A stretch of DNA of 64,000 nt from Octopus vulgaris (lineage: Eukaryota), in the NCBI GenBank assembly GCA_951406725.2, contig OX597827.1, forward strand, positions 60,574,001-60,638,000, written 5' to 3'. This document shows, piece by piece, positions 38,918 through 52,159 of this stretch. How positions within the stretch are numbered: position 1 is the stretch's first letter; each line of letters opens with the position of its first letter. The translations under genes and the position numbers were made by a program. The notes beneath the pieces were generated by a model, which was given only the letters and a program-made list of their open reading frames with translations, did no database searches and was not told the origin of the DNA.

Positions 38918-39425
38918 TTTGTGTGACACCTTGGGAAAAATGTCTTCTGCAATAGTCCAGGACTAACCAATATCATGAAAGTAAATTTTGGTAGATGGAA
39001 ACTGTCTCCATATTATCACCTCCAAATTCAGTCAACTGATTTTATTGTAGTTATCTCCCTTCCTTTCTTGAAAAACTTGTGTTTTAAATCTTAAACATCC
39101 CTAGAGGGAGTTTTTGTCTTCTAAGTACTTGATAATCTCAGTTTATTGATGTATTTCAACTTACTAAATGACACATCTGAAACCTCATTGTATGTGTATT
39201 TGGTGTGACGAACATGCAAAAGAAGTATTTTTCATCAGCTGCATTGTTAAGCTGTCAATTAATCAGACAACAACATCCTGTTGGCTGCTTCACCAGTCGG
39301 TAAGGTTATTGATTTCTTATATTATGCACATATATTCTGATTTATAGCAGAAATAGGGAAAACATGGAGCTGTGATGATCAGATCTTTCTTAAAGGCATG
39401 CATTACTAAATTAAATGAAGTGATA

Positions 39426-39845
39426 GGCGCAGGAGTGGCTGTGTGGTAAGTAGCTTGTTTACCAACCACATGGTTCCGGGTTCAGTCCCACTGCTGGGCA
39501 CCTTGGGCAAGTGTCTTCTACTATAGCCTCGGGCCGACCAAAGCCTTGTGAGTGGATTTGGTAGACGGAAACTGAAAGAAGCCCGTCGTATATATGTATA
39601 TATATATATATATGTGCGTGTGTGTGTTTGTGTGTCTGTGTTTGTCCCCCTAGCATTGCTTGACAACCGATGCTGGTGTGCTTATGTCCCCGTTATTTAG
39701 CGGTTCGGCAAAAGAGATCGATAGAATAAGTACAGGGCTTACAAAAGAATAAGTCCTGGGGTCGAGTTGCTCGATTAAAGGCGGTGCTCCAGCATGGACG
39801 CAGTCAAATGACTGAAACAAGTAAAAGGGTAAAAGAGTAAAAGAT
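39426..39845 (+). mobile_element. SINE family A, full length, young
   Basis: Intact GGCGCAGGAGTGG head through the GTAAAAGA tail. Confidence 0.9.
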
Positions 39846-40571
39846 AGAGTTAAAAAATGATATATCAAAGCTGAGTCAGATTCAGCTCATGAGCATAAAA
39901 TTATGATTTTACACGTAAATGTAAGCATGGCTGTGTGGATGGTTTTTGCATTGCAAAAATGTAAGAGGTTTATTGCCTCATAACTGTGTTTTTTTAACTG
40001 TGTAAGAGGTTTATTGCCTCGGTAGGAAACTTAAAAAGAACAATGATTTAGGGTAAACAACAATTGGGGGGGGGGTTGCTTGTTGCCCTCATTTTCCACC
40101 ATTTCATTTGTCATTCATATCATTATGTGTGTGTCCAGCCTGCAGCTTCCTTTCTGTGTAGGGCCCTTGTGGCCAATTAAATGAATAAAAGAAGTTTGTT
40201 TTTCAATAATATGGCCTTGGGTTCAGTCCCACTGTATGGTACTTATTTTATCAATCCCAAAAGGATGAAAGGCAAAGTGGATCTCAGCTGAGTTTGAACC
40301 CGGAACGTAAAGACAAATAAAATGCTGCAAAGTACTATTCCCAGAGTGCCAACACTCTGCCAGCTTGCTGCCTTAATAATAATAATCCTTTCTGCTATAG
40401 GTACAAGGCCTGAAATGTCGGGCTAAGGGACTAGTTGACCCCAGTACTCAACTAGTACTTATTTTATCAACCCTGAAAGGATGAAAGGCAAAGCTGACCT
40501 TGGAGGAATTTGACAAAAGGCTGTTAAATATTTTGCCTGGTGCACTAATGATTCTGCCAGCTTGCCACTTA

Positions 40572-41130
40572 TGGGTTGTCCAGAAAGTTTGTGCCAATTT
40601 ATAGTAGCTTACCTTTCGACTTATTTTAGAACATGGTTGAGTCCATAAAATAGGATTTGACTACACCTCCATTTAGAGCACAGTTTAAGCTACCATTTTG
40701 TGGAAGAAGGTTTATGTTCCTATAACCTGTGTTAATTCTGTAACCCTTTAAAATGGAAGATAACAAAGTTCATTTTCGGCATTTGATGCTTTGGGAACCA
40801 GACAAAAATTGCTGCAGCTCGGCTGGGATGTGTTACCCCACCCTCCATATTCGCCAGATATTGCTCCTTCAGATTTCTGCAGATCTCTGCAGAATAGTCA
40901 TAATGGTAAAAATTTCAATTCCTTGGATAATGTAAAAAGATACCTTGATGAATTCTTTGCCATGAAACCACCTCAATTCTGGGAAGAGGGTATTTTCAAG
41001 TTAAAGGAAAGATGGAGACGCATTGTGCCACAAAATGGTTCATATTTGGTCGATTAAAAATGTAATGGCAAGTATTTATTGACCTTTTACTTTCCTTTAA
41101 AAATCGGCATGAACTTTCCGGACAACCCAA
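40572..41130 (+). mobile_element. Internally deleted mariner
   Basis: TIRs TGGGTTGTCCAGAAAGTT / AACTTTCCGGACAACCCA and TA flanks. The N-terminus MEDNKVHFRHLMLWE is joined to the C-terminus GWDVLPHPPYSPDIAPSDF...ERWRRIV. Confidence 0.92.
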
Positions 41131-41528
41131 TAATATAAAGACTGGCACTTAGTTCGTTGCAACAACAAGGGTTCCAGTTGATCTGATCAATGGCACAGTC
41201 TGCTCATGAAATTAATGTGCAAGTGGTTGAGCACTCCTCAAACATGTGTGCCCTGAACACAGTTTTCAGGGAGATTAAGTGTGAAATAAAATGTGACAAG
41301 ATTGGCCCTTTGAACTACAGGTACAACTCATTTTTGCCAGCTGAATGGACTGAGGCAAAGTGAAATATAGTGTCTTGTTTAAAGACACAGCACACTGCTG
41401 GGAATCAAACTCATGACCTTATGATTGTCAGCCAAATACCCTAACCACTAAGCCACATGCCTTCACTGACATGAATATATATGAAGCAAAGCAGGTACAA
41501 TCAAAAAGTAAAACCAGGTTGTAGGCTC

Positions 41529-41564
<36 letters not shown>

Positions 41565-42120
41565 GAGTGAGAGAGCAGTGCGTGCCATCAACGTGACACT
41601 GGGGTAAAATATACGAAGCCCAATATACCTATCATGACTACTCGTCTGATAAGAGTACACTAGGCACATGCATTACAACCATGTGTGCACGACATGGTGA
41701 TCTCATATCAAGATAAACAGCACATGACCTTGCAGGTGGGACCCAGTTAGAATTTTCTACTGGTCGAGTAACCCATACCGCTCAAAAGGTCCCTGAATAA
41801 GGGTTGATTAAGGATGTTGAACAAAACACCCATGTTTCCAGAGGTGAATTATCCAAACCCCCAAAGAATCCCTCTCAACACATGGCTATGATACTCCCCC
41901 ACTACTTCTGCTCGTGATCACAGATGCACATATCATCAGACACCAAGGGACATGCTCAATGGGTTACGGTCAAACAACTGACAAGCAAATCTGTGGTATT
42001 GAGCAGAATATTTGCTGTAGCCCATCTTTTATACCAAGACAAAACAATGTACATGATAACACTTCCAATCAATTAAGATCAGAAGCCATGAGAGCCACTG
42101 CCTGGTACTGCATCAGGGCA

Positions 42121-42121
<1 letters not shown>
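41565..42121 (-). mobile_element. Non-coding interspersed element (family F) embedded in (TAA)n
   Basis: Flanked by (TTA)n on both sides. An opposite-orientation end fragment lies at 18502-18656, also next to (TAA)n. Strand is inferred from which end the truncated copy retains. Confidence 0.7.
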
Positions 42122-42181
<60 letters not shown>

Positions 42182-42211
42182 GATTATTATTATTGTTATT
42201 ATTATTATTAT

Positions 42212-42600
42212 TAAGGTGGCAAGCTGGCAGAATCATTAGCACACTGGGCAAAATACTTAGCGGTATTTCGTCTGTCATTAAGTTCTGAGTTCAAATTTGC
42301 CTGTCATCCTTCTGGGTCCGATAAATTAAGTACCAGTCAAGTACAAGTACTGGGGTTGATGTGATCGATTGTCCCCATCCCCACAAAAATCCAGGCCTTG
42401 TGCCTATAGTAGAAAGGATTTATTATTATTATTATTATTATTAAGGTGGTGAGCTGGCAGAATCATTAGCACATTGAACGAAATGCTTAGCGGTATTTTG
42501 TCTGTCTTTATGTTCTGAGTTCAAATTCCACTGTGGTCGACTTTGCCTTTCATCCTTCGGGGTCAATAGAAAAAGTACCAGTCAAGCACTGGAGTCAATG
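42212..42600 (+). mobile_element. Two tandem SINE family C copies
   Basis: AAGGTGGYRAGCTGGCAGAATC heads, each preceded by (TTA)n. Confidence 0.85.
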
Positions 42601-42792
42601 TATTATCATCATCATCATCATTATATAATGTGCGTTTTCAAACGATAGTGTCATTGATTATTGGTTTCCAACAAGCTAATCATTGTTTCACAGTTCAGAT
42701 AGTGAGAGTAACAAGTACGATAATAATTAGAGAGGATATCAAGTGTCTAGAGACAAATATGTGGAATCAGTGACACAATATAGGACAATATA

Positions 42793-44190
42793 AGGTCAGG
42801 TCAGGTGTGGCAAGGCACGTGTTGTTGCATAACGTAACTGCATTCACCATTTGTATGCATATTCCCAGGTCCTCCTGGGTGACCCATTGCACAAATTCCC
42901 AGTCAGTCCCCATCTCCATAAGCTACCGCCTCATTTTCTGTGACCATGTGGCAAGGACATCAACCTAGCCAGACCCTCAGTGAAGAGAGCATGGTAAAGA
43001 GAGTCTAATTGGGAAATTTGAGCAACATACCCAAACAGTCTTAGTGGGTACTCTCAAATCATATAAGTAACAGGACACATCCCAGTTTCTGACCAGAGTC
43101 ATTGGTTGGATACGAAAGTCCATCAATGGTACTCTTTTTACTCTTTTACTTGTTTCTGTCATTTGACTGTGGCCATGCTGGAGCACCGCCTTTAGTCGAG
43201 CAAATCGACCGCAGGACTTATTCTTTGTAAGCCTAGTACTTATTCTATCGGCCTCTTTTGCCAAACTGCTAAGTTACAGGGACATAAACACACCAGTATC
43301 AGTTGTCAAGTGATGTTGGGGGGACAAACACAGACACACAAACATATACACACAACACATACATATACATTTATACACATATACGATTGGATTCTTTCAG
43401 TTTCCGTCTACCAAATCCACTCACAAAGCTTTGGTTGGCCTGAGGCTATAATAGAAGATACTTGCCCAAGGTGCCACACAGTGGGACTGAACCCGGAACC
43501 ATGTGGTTGGTAAGCAAGCTACTTACCACACAGCCACTCCTGCACTTATATTTGTTAATAATCCTGCAAAATGTCCCAGTACCAAAGGAGTTTAGGTGGC
43601 TTGTAAGTGCCCCATACAATGTCCAATCTCACAACTTTGAAACAGGACTGGGCGGACCGGGGACCTAAAGACTTGAACCTTTGTCCTCAAGCACAGATAT
43701 TGGCAGTGCCAAACACTCTGGTCCAGTGAGTCCACAACTACACCAGCTCTTTTGAGTCTCACAGCTAATGGCACTGTGAATCTAACTGCTGAGATAAGTG
43801 AAGCAGTCAAAAACTTCAACATCCTCACCTGCAATAGAGATAGATAAAGTGGTTTTCTCCAAGAATCCAACAAGGGACTGGATCTTTGTCTTGACTTAAG
43901 AGACTCTAAAGCCAAGTGGTTCTGCTTTCTCACTCAGGGAAAGGAGAGTGCTTCTTAAAACATCCAGGGACTCAGCAAGAATAATCATGTCATCAGCGAA
44001 ATCTAGATCCGTAATCCTAGTCTTGCCAGTGAGGGCACCACAATTCAATTGAGTCACCATTCAGCCAGGTATACAATCCATGCAGGCATTGAACAGAGTG
44101 GGACCCAAGACACAACCCTGACAAACCCCAGATGTAAGAATAAAATTAGTTTTTGTGCCAGCAATCTGTACTGCACTGACTTTGCACTGC
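42793..44190 (-). mobile_element. Decayed RTE-clade LINE (RT domain to 3' tail) split by a family A SINE at 43130-43546
   Basis: SGVCQGCVLGPTLFNACMD, TDLDFADDMIILAES and RTKVQVFRS motifs, with a (CCTGA)n tail at 42793-42806. Confidence 0.88.
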
Positions 44191-44214
44191 CTCAAGGCTA
44201 GAACAACACAAGTG

Positions 44215-44465
44215 TGGATGAGTGCCAATCTTCATGATCAAGTTCTCCCAGACATGTGGTTTCTTAACTCATCAGACCTCAATCCCCTGGACTATGGAAA
44301 ATAATCACGAGAAAAGTCAATCAACACCTCCATAACATTATGCAATCTCTTAAGTCCATCATAACTAGCACTATGTCCAAAATTGATAACATCTGATTCG
44401 GTTATGTCAATGTTTCCAACCCCATTTTGAAGAAACCATTGATGCTAACAATGAATTCAGTGAAT
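44215..44465 (+). mobile_element. Tc1/maT-like transposase C-terminal remnant
   Basis: FSPDMWFLNSSDLNPLDY, a decayed WPxxSPDLNPLDY motif. Confidence 0.7.
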
Positions 44466-44543
44466 AGGTGTGATAAAAGAATTCTAAAGATTATTTGTAC
44501 CAATTTGTTGTTGAATACAGCTTTTCTTTCTGTCTAAATTCAT

Positions 44544-44730
44544 ACAATTGCAGTGTGGAAGGTGTTTATAAGCTATTTAAAACACACAAAAAAACCATTA
44601 GATTCACTTCAACATTGAACAGCTTGTGGTTTCAAAGCAATGAAAATATTTTAACAAATGTTGAAGTGAATCTAATGGATTTTGTGTGTGTTTTTAAATG
44701 GTTTATAAACACCTTCCATACTGCAATTGT
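44544..44730. repeat. Long imperfect palindrome
   Basis: About 70-bp arms ACAATTGCAGTGTGGAAGGTGTTTATAA...TTCACTTCAACATT and its reverse complement. Confidence 0.88.
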
Positions 44731-45073
44731 TTTTGTTTCTGCACACAATCTCAGATCAAGTCACTTGCTATGCAAATACATATCCATAAATTCATACAAA
44801 TGACCTCAAAAAAACTGACACACTGTATACTAATATACCCAGAGAAAGTAAAATCTTTATCATAAATCAATAGGTGTGATACAATAGTTCTCAAGATTAT
44901 TTGTACTAATCTGTTTTTGAATACAGCTTTTCTTTGTTTCTATATTAATGTAAATGATATATATAAACTGACACATCCTGCATACTAATATACACAAGGA
45001 AAGTAAAAACTGTATCACAAATCTACATACTAAAATATACACTTCAAAATAATATCACCTTTATTAACTACAC

Positions 45074-45359
45074 CAGTGGTTCCCAAAGTGGACAGTATTG
45101 CTCCCTTGGAGTCAGTGGAAAGTTCCAGTTGGGGTATTGAAGAAAATTGGGCAATGTAAAAATTGGGACAATAATGGGGTGGCAATTCATGTAAAAACAA
45201 CAAAATAATGGGTTCATTAGGTTAAGTTGTATTTGTGAAATACTGTTGCTTTGAATTTGCTTCAGAAAAAGGTCTTTGTTAGTGATGGGTAGTTGAGGGG
45301 GGAGGGCTAGGAATGTGGCCTGAATGTCAAGGGGGCAGCATCCCATTTGGGAACCACTG
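45074..45359. mobile_element. hAT (Charlie-like) MITE
   Basis: TIRs CAGTGGTTCCCAAA / TTTGGGAACCACTG and flanks AACTACAC / AACTAGAT. Confidence 0.8.
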
Positions 45360-45369
45360 AACTAGATGT

Positions 45370-45722
45370 TTTTGCCTGACTGGCTCCCATACAAAAAAAG
45401 CACCATTTGAGTGTGGTCATTACCAGTGACGTCTGACTGGCTCCCATGCTGGTGGCACTTGAAAAGCACCATTCGAGCATGGTCAATGCCAATACTGCCT
45501 GACTAGCCCTTATGCCAGTGGCATGTAAAAAGCACCCACTACACTCTCGAAGTGGCTGGCATTAGGAAGGGTATCCAGCAGCAGAAACTTTGCAAGATCA
45601 GATTGGAGCCTGCTGCAGCCTTCTGGATTGCCAGTCCTCAGTCAAACCGTCCAACCCATGCCAGCATGGAAAGTGAACATTAAACGATGAGGACGACGAT
45701 GATGATGATGATAATGATGATG

Positions 45723-45757
<35 letters not shown>

Positions 45758-46200
45758 TATACATACATATGGATATATATATACACATGTATATAGACAC
45801 AGGAGTGGCTGTGTGGTAAGTTGCTTACTTACTAACCACATGGTTCCAGGTTCAGTCCCACTGTGTGGCACCTTGGGCAAGTTTCTTCTACTATAGCCTC
45901 GGGTTGACCAAAGCCTTGTGAGTGGATTTTGTAGACGGAAACTGAAAGAAGCCCATCATTTATATGTATATGTATATGTATATATGAATGTGTTTGTGTG
46001 TCTGTGTTTGTCCCCCCAACATTGCTTGACAACCGATGCTGGTGTGTTTACGTCCCTGTAACTTAACGGTTTGGCAAAAGAGACCAATAGAATAAGTACT
46101 AGGCTTACAAAGAATAAGTCCTGCAGTTGATTTGCTCGACTAAAGGCGGTGCTCCAGCATGGCCGCAGTCAAATGACTAAAATAAGTAAAAGTGTAAAAA
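45370..46200 (+). mobile_element. RTE 3' UTR fragment (45370-45722) followed by SINE family A (45796-46200)
   Basis: Collinear with family D and family A copies. Confidence 0.82.
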
Positions 46201-46201
46201 G

Positions 46202-46245
<44 letters not shown>

Positions 46246-46895
46246 CACACACATATGTACATACGTATGTATGTATACGTATGTATGGATGTATGTTGGC
46301 ATATATATATATGTATGCATATGATAAAAATTGATTTCAAATCAATGATCATGCCATTCATTACATAAACATTTCTCTTTAATCTTGTGGTTTCACCTTG
46401 TTAAAATAATAACCTTGTTTTTGAACTAAGTAATCAGTTCTATTACAAAAGCTTTCCTCTTTTTTTTTTTTTTTTTTTTGTATTCTCGTAAATTCCATAT
46501 CACCTCATATACTACATACATATAAGGTGCGTCCAGTCAAATTAATTTGATGTTTGATAACTTTTTATCTTCTTTTTTTTATCTGTTGCTTGTTTCTGTC
46601 ATTGGACTGCGCCCGTGCTAGAACACTGCCTTCAAGGGGTTTTTAGTCAAACAGGTCAACCTTAGTACATTTTTTTTTTTGTTTTTTTTTACTAGTTTGA
46701 TACTTATTTATTCTCTTGGTCTTTTGCTGAACTGCAAAGTTATTGGGATGTAAACAAACCAACACTGGACATCAAGAAGGGATGGGAGGGGGTTGCAAAC
46801 TCAAGCACAAAGACACACACATAAATGGATCTCACTGTCTCTGTCTATCTATCTTTGTCTCTCTGTCTCTGTCTCTCTCTGTCTCTCTCTTTCTC

Positions 46896-46945
<50 letters not shown>

Positions 46946-47007
46946 GCTTTAGGTCGACCAAAGCCTTGTGAGTGGATTTGGTAGACGGAAACTGAAAGAA
47001 GCCTATC

Positions 47008-47089
<82 letters not shown>

Positions 47090-47584
47090 ATATGTTTGTG
47101 TGTCTGTGTTTGTCCCCCTAACATTGCTTGACAACCGATGGTTGTGTGTTCATATCCCGATAGCTTAGCAGTTCAGCAAAAGAGACTGATAGAATAAGTA
47201 CTAGGCTTTCAAAGAATAAGTCCCGGGGTCGATTTGCTCGACTAAAGACAGTGCCCCAGCATGGCCACAGTCAAATGACTGAAACAAGTAAAAAGAGTAA
47301 AAAAAAAAAGATACATATAAAACAAAAAAAAATGCATGCAACCACAAGACAGACTGACATGGGGTAACGCAAAGGAAAATGACAATGTCCTGTAGGACTG
47401 GAGAGAAGAGAAGGACAGATAGAAAATCAAAGCAAAGGAAGAAGCAAAGTATTAGGGAGGGAAAGAGAGAGAAAGTGAGTGGGAGGAAGGCAGAAGAGAG
47501 GTAAAGAAAGAGGAAGAGACAGAAAAAGATGTCACACAAAAGAGATTCAAAGAATATTTTACATGCATATAGTCTTTTATTTTT

Positions 47585-47979
47585 ATTCTTTTACTTGTTT
47601 CAGTCATATGACTGTGACCATGCTAGAGCACTGCCTTAGTCGAACAAATCAACCCCAGGACTTATTCTTTGTAAGCCTAGTACTTATTCTACTGGTCTCT
47701 TTTGCTGAACCACTAAGATGGTGGGGGGACAAACACAGACACACAAGCATACACACACACACACTCACACATGCATATATATATGTACACACACACACAT
47801 ATATATATATATATACGATGAGCTTCTTTCAGTTTCTGTCTACCAAATCCACTCACAAGGCTTTGGTCAGCCTGAATCTGTTGTAGAAGGCACTTGCCCA
47901 AAGTGCCATGCAGTGAGACTGAACCCGGGATCATGTGGTTGGTAAGCAAGCTACTTACCATAGAGCCATTCCTGCACCT
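47585..47979 (-). mobile_element. SINE family A
   Basis: Collinear with the consensus. An oppositely oriented partial copy lies at 46944-47300. Confidence 0.85.
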
Positions 47980-48632
47980 ATAATATACATACATATATAT
48001 ATATATATATGATGGGCTTTCATACAGTTTTTGTGTTTCTGAAAAGGCAATGGTTTGTCCGGAGCTGTAGAAGAAGACTTTTGCTCAAGGTGCCAAGCTA
48101 TGGGACTGAACTTCTGAACCACACAGTGTGTGTGTGTGTGTGTGTGTTAAAAATATAAAAATAAATATGAACAGAAATGTGTTTCCTAAAATATCAGGAC
48201 TGGGATATATAAATATTTTTAGAGTGTTTCCATAAACCATTTGTAAACCTTGAATATTTGTTGGGACATATTCCAAAATGTACCTGACCAATTCTTTGTG
48301 CTGGAAGAAAGGAAACTCCTCATCCCATTCCCAAATCATAAATAATAAAACAACAACATTATTGGGTTACCACATTTATTGATTTCTAAAAACAATGATA
48401 ATAATGCTATTATTATTAATTGTTAATCATTGAATCAGTAAACATAACATGCCAGAAAATTCGCGGTTAGTTGAAGTTTATTAGGTATAGCTGTGTGGTT
48501 ATGTGGTGTGTTTCACAATCATATGCTTCTACGTCCAATCTCAGCTATTTGATACTTTTGGTAAATGGCTTGAGCTGACCAATAGTTTGTGAGTAGAGTG
48601 TGGTAGAGAGAAACTTTATGGAAGTTCATCAT

Positions 48633-49322
48633 GTAGGAGTGGCTGTGTGGTAAGTAGCTTGCTTACCAACCACATGGTTCTGGGTTCAGTCCCACTGCGT
48701 TCGCACCTTGGGCAAGTGTGGAGGCACATGGCCTAGTGGTTACAGCAGCAGACTCGTGGTCGAGGGATCGCGGGTTCGAATCTCAGACCGGGTGATGTAT
48801 GTGTTTATGAGCGAAACACCTAAGCTCCATGCAGCTCCAGCAGAAGGTAAGGGCTAACTTCTGTTGACTCTTTCGCCACAACTTGCTCTCACTCATTCCT
48901 CTTGCATCTTGCAGCTCACATGCGACGGACCGGCGTCCCATCCAGTTGGGAAACCTATATGCCAAGGAAACCGGGAAACTGGCCCTATGGGCCAGGCATG
49001 GCTTGAGAAGGAACAAACAAGAACAACCTTGGACAAGTGTCTTCTACTATAGCCTCAGGCCGACCAAAGCCTTGTGAGTGGATTTGGTAGATGTAAACTG
49101 AAAGAAGCCTGTATGTATGTGTGTGTTTGTCCTCCAACATCGCTTGACAACCGATGCTGCTGTGTTTACATCCCTGTAACTTAGCAGTTTGGCAAAAGAA
49201 ACTGATAGAATAAGTACTAGGCTTAGAAAGAATAAGTCCTGAGGTTGATTTTCTCGGCTAAAGGTGGTGCTCCAGCATGGTCACAGTAAAATGATTGAAA
49301 CAAGTGAAAGAGTAAAAGAGAG
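48633..49322 (+). mobile_element. SINE family A with nested family B SINE (about 48720-49025)
   Basis: 15-bp TSD ACCTTGGGCAAGTGT (48705-48719) / ACCTTGGACAAGTGT (49026-49040). Confidence 0.9.
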
Positions 49323-49741
49323 TGTGTGTGTGTGTGTGTGTAACTGCATGTGTGCTTGCATGTGTTTGTGTAAGTATGAGTATGTAGTGTGCATTTCATG
49401 AATATATATCCACAAAGCATGTAATAATTGCTGTCTTTCAATTGGTGTCAGGAAGAGAAATGTACCTGAATGCAATGGTAATAGTCATGATTCTGTATTG
49501 CATTTAACTGAGAAGAGACATGTATGTGATAATGTGGTTAAAAACTGATTATCATCAGCCAGACTAAAAAAAAGAAAAGTCATCATTATTTTGGTGCTCA
49601 TTAACAAGCAAGTCATGCACATTATTGAGCTAACTTCCATCAATCAAATTTATGTATGCATTTATCTTTTATTAATGTCGGACATAAAAATATATATTAT
49701 ATATTTATATATGTATATGTACATGTATATGTGTGTGTGTG

Positions 49742-49779
<38 letters not shown>

Positions 49780-49782
49780 TAT

Positions 49783-49841
<59 letters not shown>

Positions 49842-49854
49842 CATACAAATATAC

Positions 49855-49891
<37 letters not shown>

Positions 49892-49892
<1 letters not shown>

Positions 49893-50146
49893 TAGCAGCT
49901 AAGCCCGGTTTCACCCGGTTTGTTTGGATGATGTAAAGATGTGTGTCGTGATGATTGACGTATTTGTACATAGTCTGTTTCTGAGAACTATTGTATTGGA
50001 CCTCTGTGTAATCATTAAAACATTGATTTAATTATGAACATAGAAAGAAATTATAGATTAATCCCTATTTTTGTAAACAGTTGTATCTGTAAAAAAATTT
50101 TATTTGCAGAGAACAGAAATTGAAAAAAGATATATTAAATGGACGT

Positions 50147-50210
<64 letters not shown>

Positions 50211-50555
50211 ATGCGTGCATGTGTGTGTGTCAGAGAGAAGAGAGACAGCATAGCGAAAGTTTTGGCTGACTGTCATCCTGTACCCCCCTCATTGCTAGTG
50301 AAATGGTATATGCCAGCTGTGTGAGCAACTGGTTGTTTTAATGGCGGAACAAACAGGGGAATTCCATTAGAAAAAGTTTTAAAATATTTTCTCAGCAAGT
50401 ATGGGAGCTAGGAAAAAATTACAAACCGCATTCCAATGTATGCACCCGTCTCCACATGTGTGCCATTTTTTACGCGAATCCACCTAGCCGTTTGGCTGTG
50501 AGCCTCAAGACAAGAAAGAATATAACAATCAACCATCTCCAATTTATATTATTGA
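49892..50555 (-). mobile_element. Non-autonomous Helitron (different family) with internal (TG)n
   Basis: ACTAGCAGCTAAGCCCGGTTTCACCCGG end and TTTATATTATTGAT opposite end. Confidence 0.7.
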
Positions 50556-51553
50556 TATATATGTATATATGTGGCTGTGTGGTAAAGAATCTTGCTTTGC
50601 TACCATGTAGTTTCACACAGTGGCACCTTGGGCAAGTATCTTCTAGTATAGCCCTGGGATGACTAAATATCTTGTGAGTGAATTTGGTAGACAAAAACTA
50701 TGTGGGAGCCTGAAGTGTGTGTGTGTGTGTGTGTGAGTCTGTGTGTGTGTGCGAGTCTGTGTGTGTGTGTGTGTGTATGTATGCATAGATATGTATATGT
50801 ATATATGTAAATATATATATATGTATATATGATATGTATAAGTCTAGACATCATCATAGTTGTGATTCTCTCCCCACTGCCCCAACTAACTGACATCCAG
50901 TGTTGGTTTGTTTACATTCCCATAACTTAATCAGCTCAGCAAAAGAGACTGATAAAATACTGGGTCGATTTCTTCAACTCTGCAAGATGGTATTCCAGCA
51001 TGGGCACAGTACTATAACTGAAACAAGTTAGAGTTAAAAGATAAAGATAAATACATACACACACACACACTCACAGATACATATGAGCCCCCTTCACACA
51101 CACACACACACACTCACAGATACATATGAGCCCCCTTCACACACATACACACACACACACACATATATAGAAAATATCTGTTTGTGTGTGTATATATGCA
51201 TATACATGTGTATGTATAAATGGATGGATGTGTTTTTCTTTCATCAATGAAAGAAATTAATTAGTCATTGATTAATATTATTTCTTCCCTTACGGCATAA
51301 TTATTTCAAATTAGATATTCAATGGAAATAGATATCTAAATAGGCACAGGCATAGCTTTGTGGTTAAGGAGATCACTTTGCAAGTATGTGGTTTTGAGTT
51401 CCATCCCTCTGTGGGGCACCTTGAACAAATGTCTTCATCTGTAGATCTGAGTTGACTGTTACCTTGCGAGTTAATGTAGAAGACAGAAGCTATAAAGACA
51501 CGCATTATATATATATATATATATATAATGCGTGTCTTTATAGCTTCTGTCTT

Positions 51554-52042
51554 AGAGATAATGGTGTCATTGAGACCCAAAGGTGTCAGGTAATGCTGAA
51601 TAAGTGCTATAGACAAACCATAGTTAAGTTCCAGATTCGGTAATATTGCGAATAAATGGTTCAACATTGGTTCTATGTCAGCGTGTGTATATAAAAATTT
51701 TTTGCGTAATAAGATAAACAACCAAGGCTGTATAGATATTAGAGCATTAAATGCTCAAATATCTATACAGCCTTGGTTTTTATCTTATTATACAAAAAAT
51801 TCTTATATATATACGTTTTATTTATTATTTTGCACATTACTTAATCATCGTTATATGTTTTATCTTATATTTAATCTTTCTATAAAATGTAATTTTCTAG
51901 ATGGTATGATTTAATTTTTCATTATTGAATTGATGAAAGGTGTTTTTTTTCTAATTTATATATATATTTTATATTTTGTGAAATTTGATTTAGTATTTCT
52001 AAATTGAATTTTTCCCTGTAAGTTTGGAATAATATTCCCTCA

Positions 52043-52107
<65 letters not shown>

Positions 52108-52108
52108 C

Positions 52109-52159
<51 letters not shown>

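Noticed and set aside
48718-48792. tRNA-like sequences with A and B boxes (also 3209-3285, 39426-39500, 58628-58700)
   Set aside because: They are SINE heads continuing into SINE bodies, without a convincing full cloverleaf or poly-T terminator, so not called as tRNA genes.
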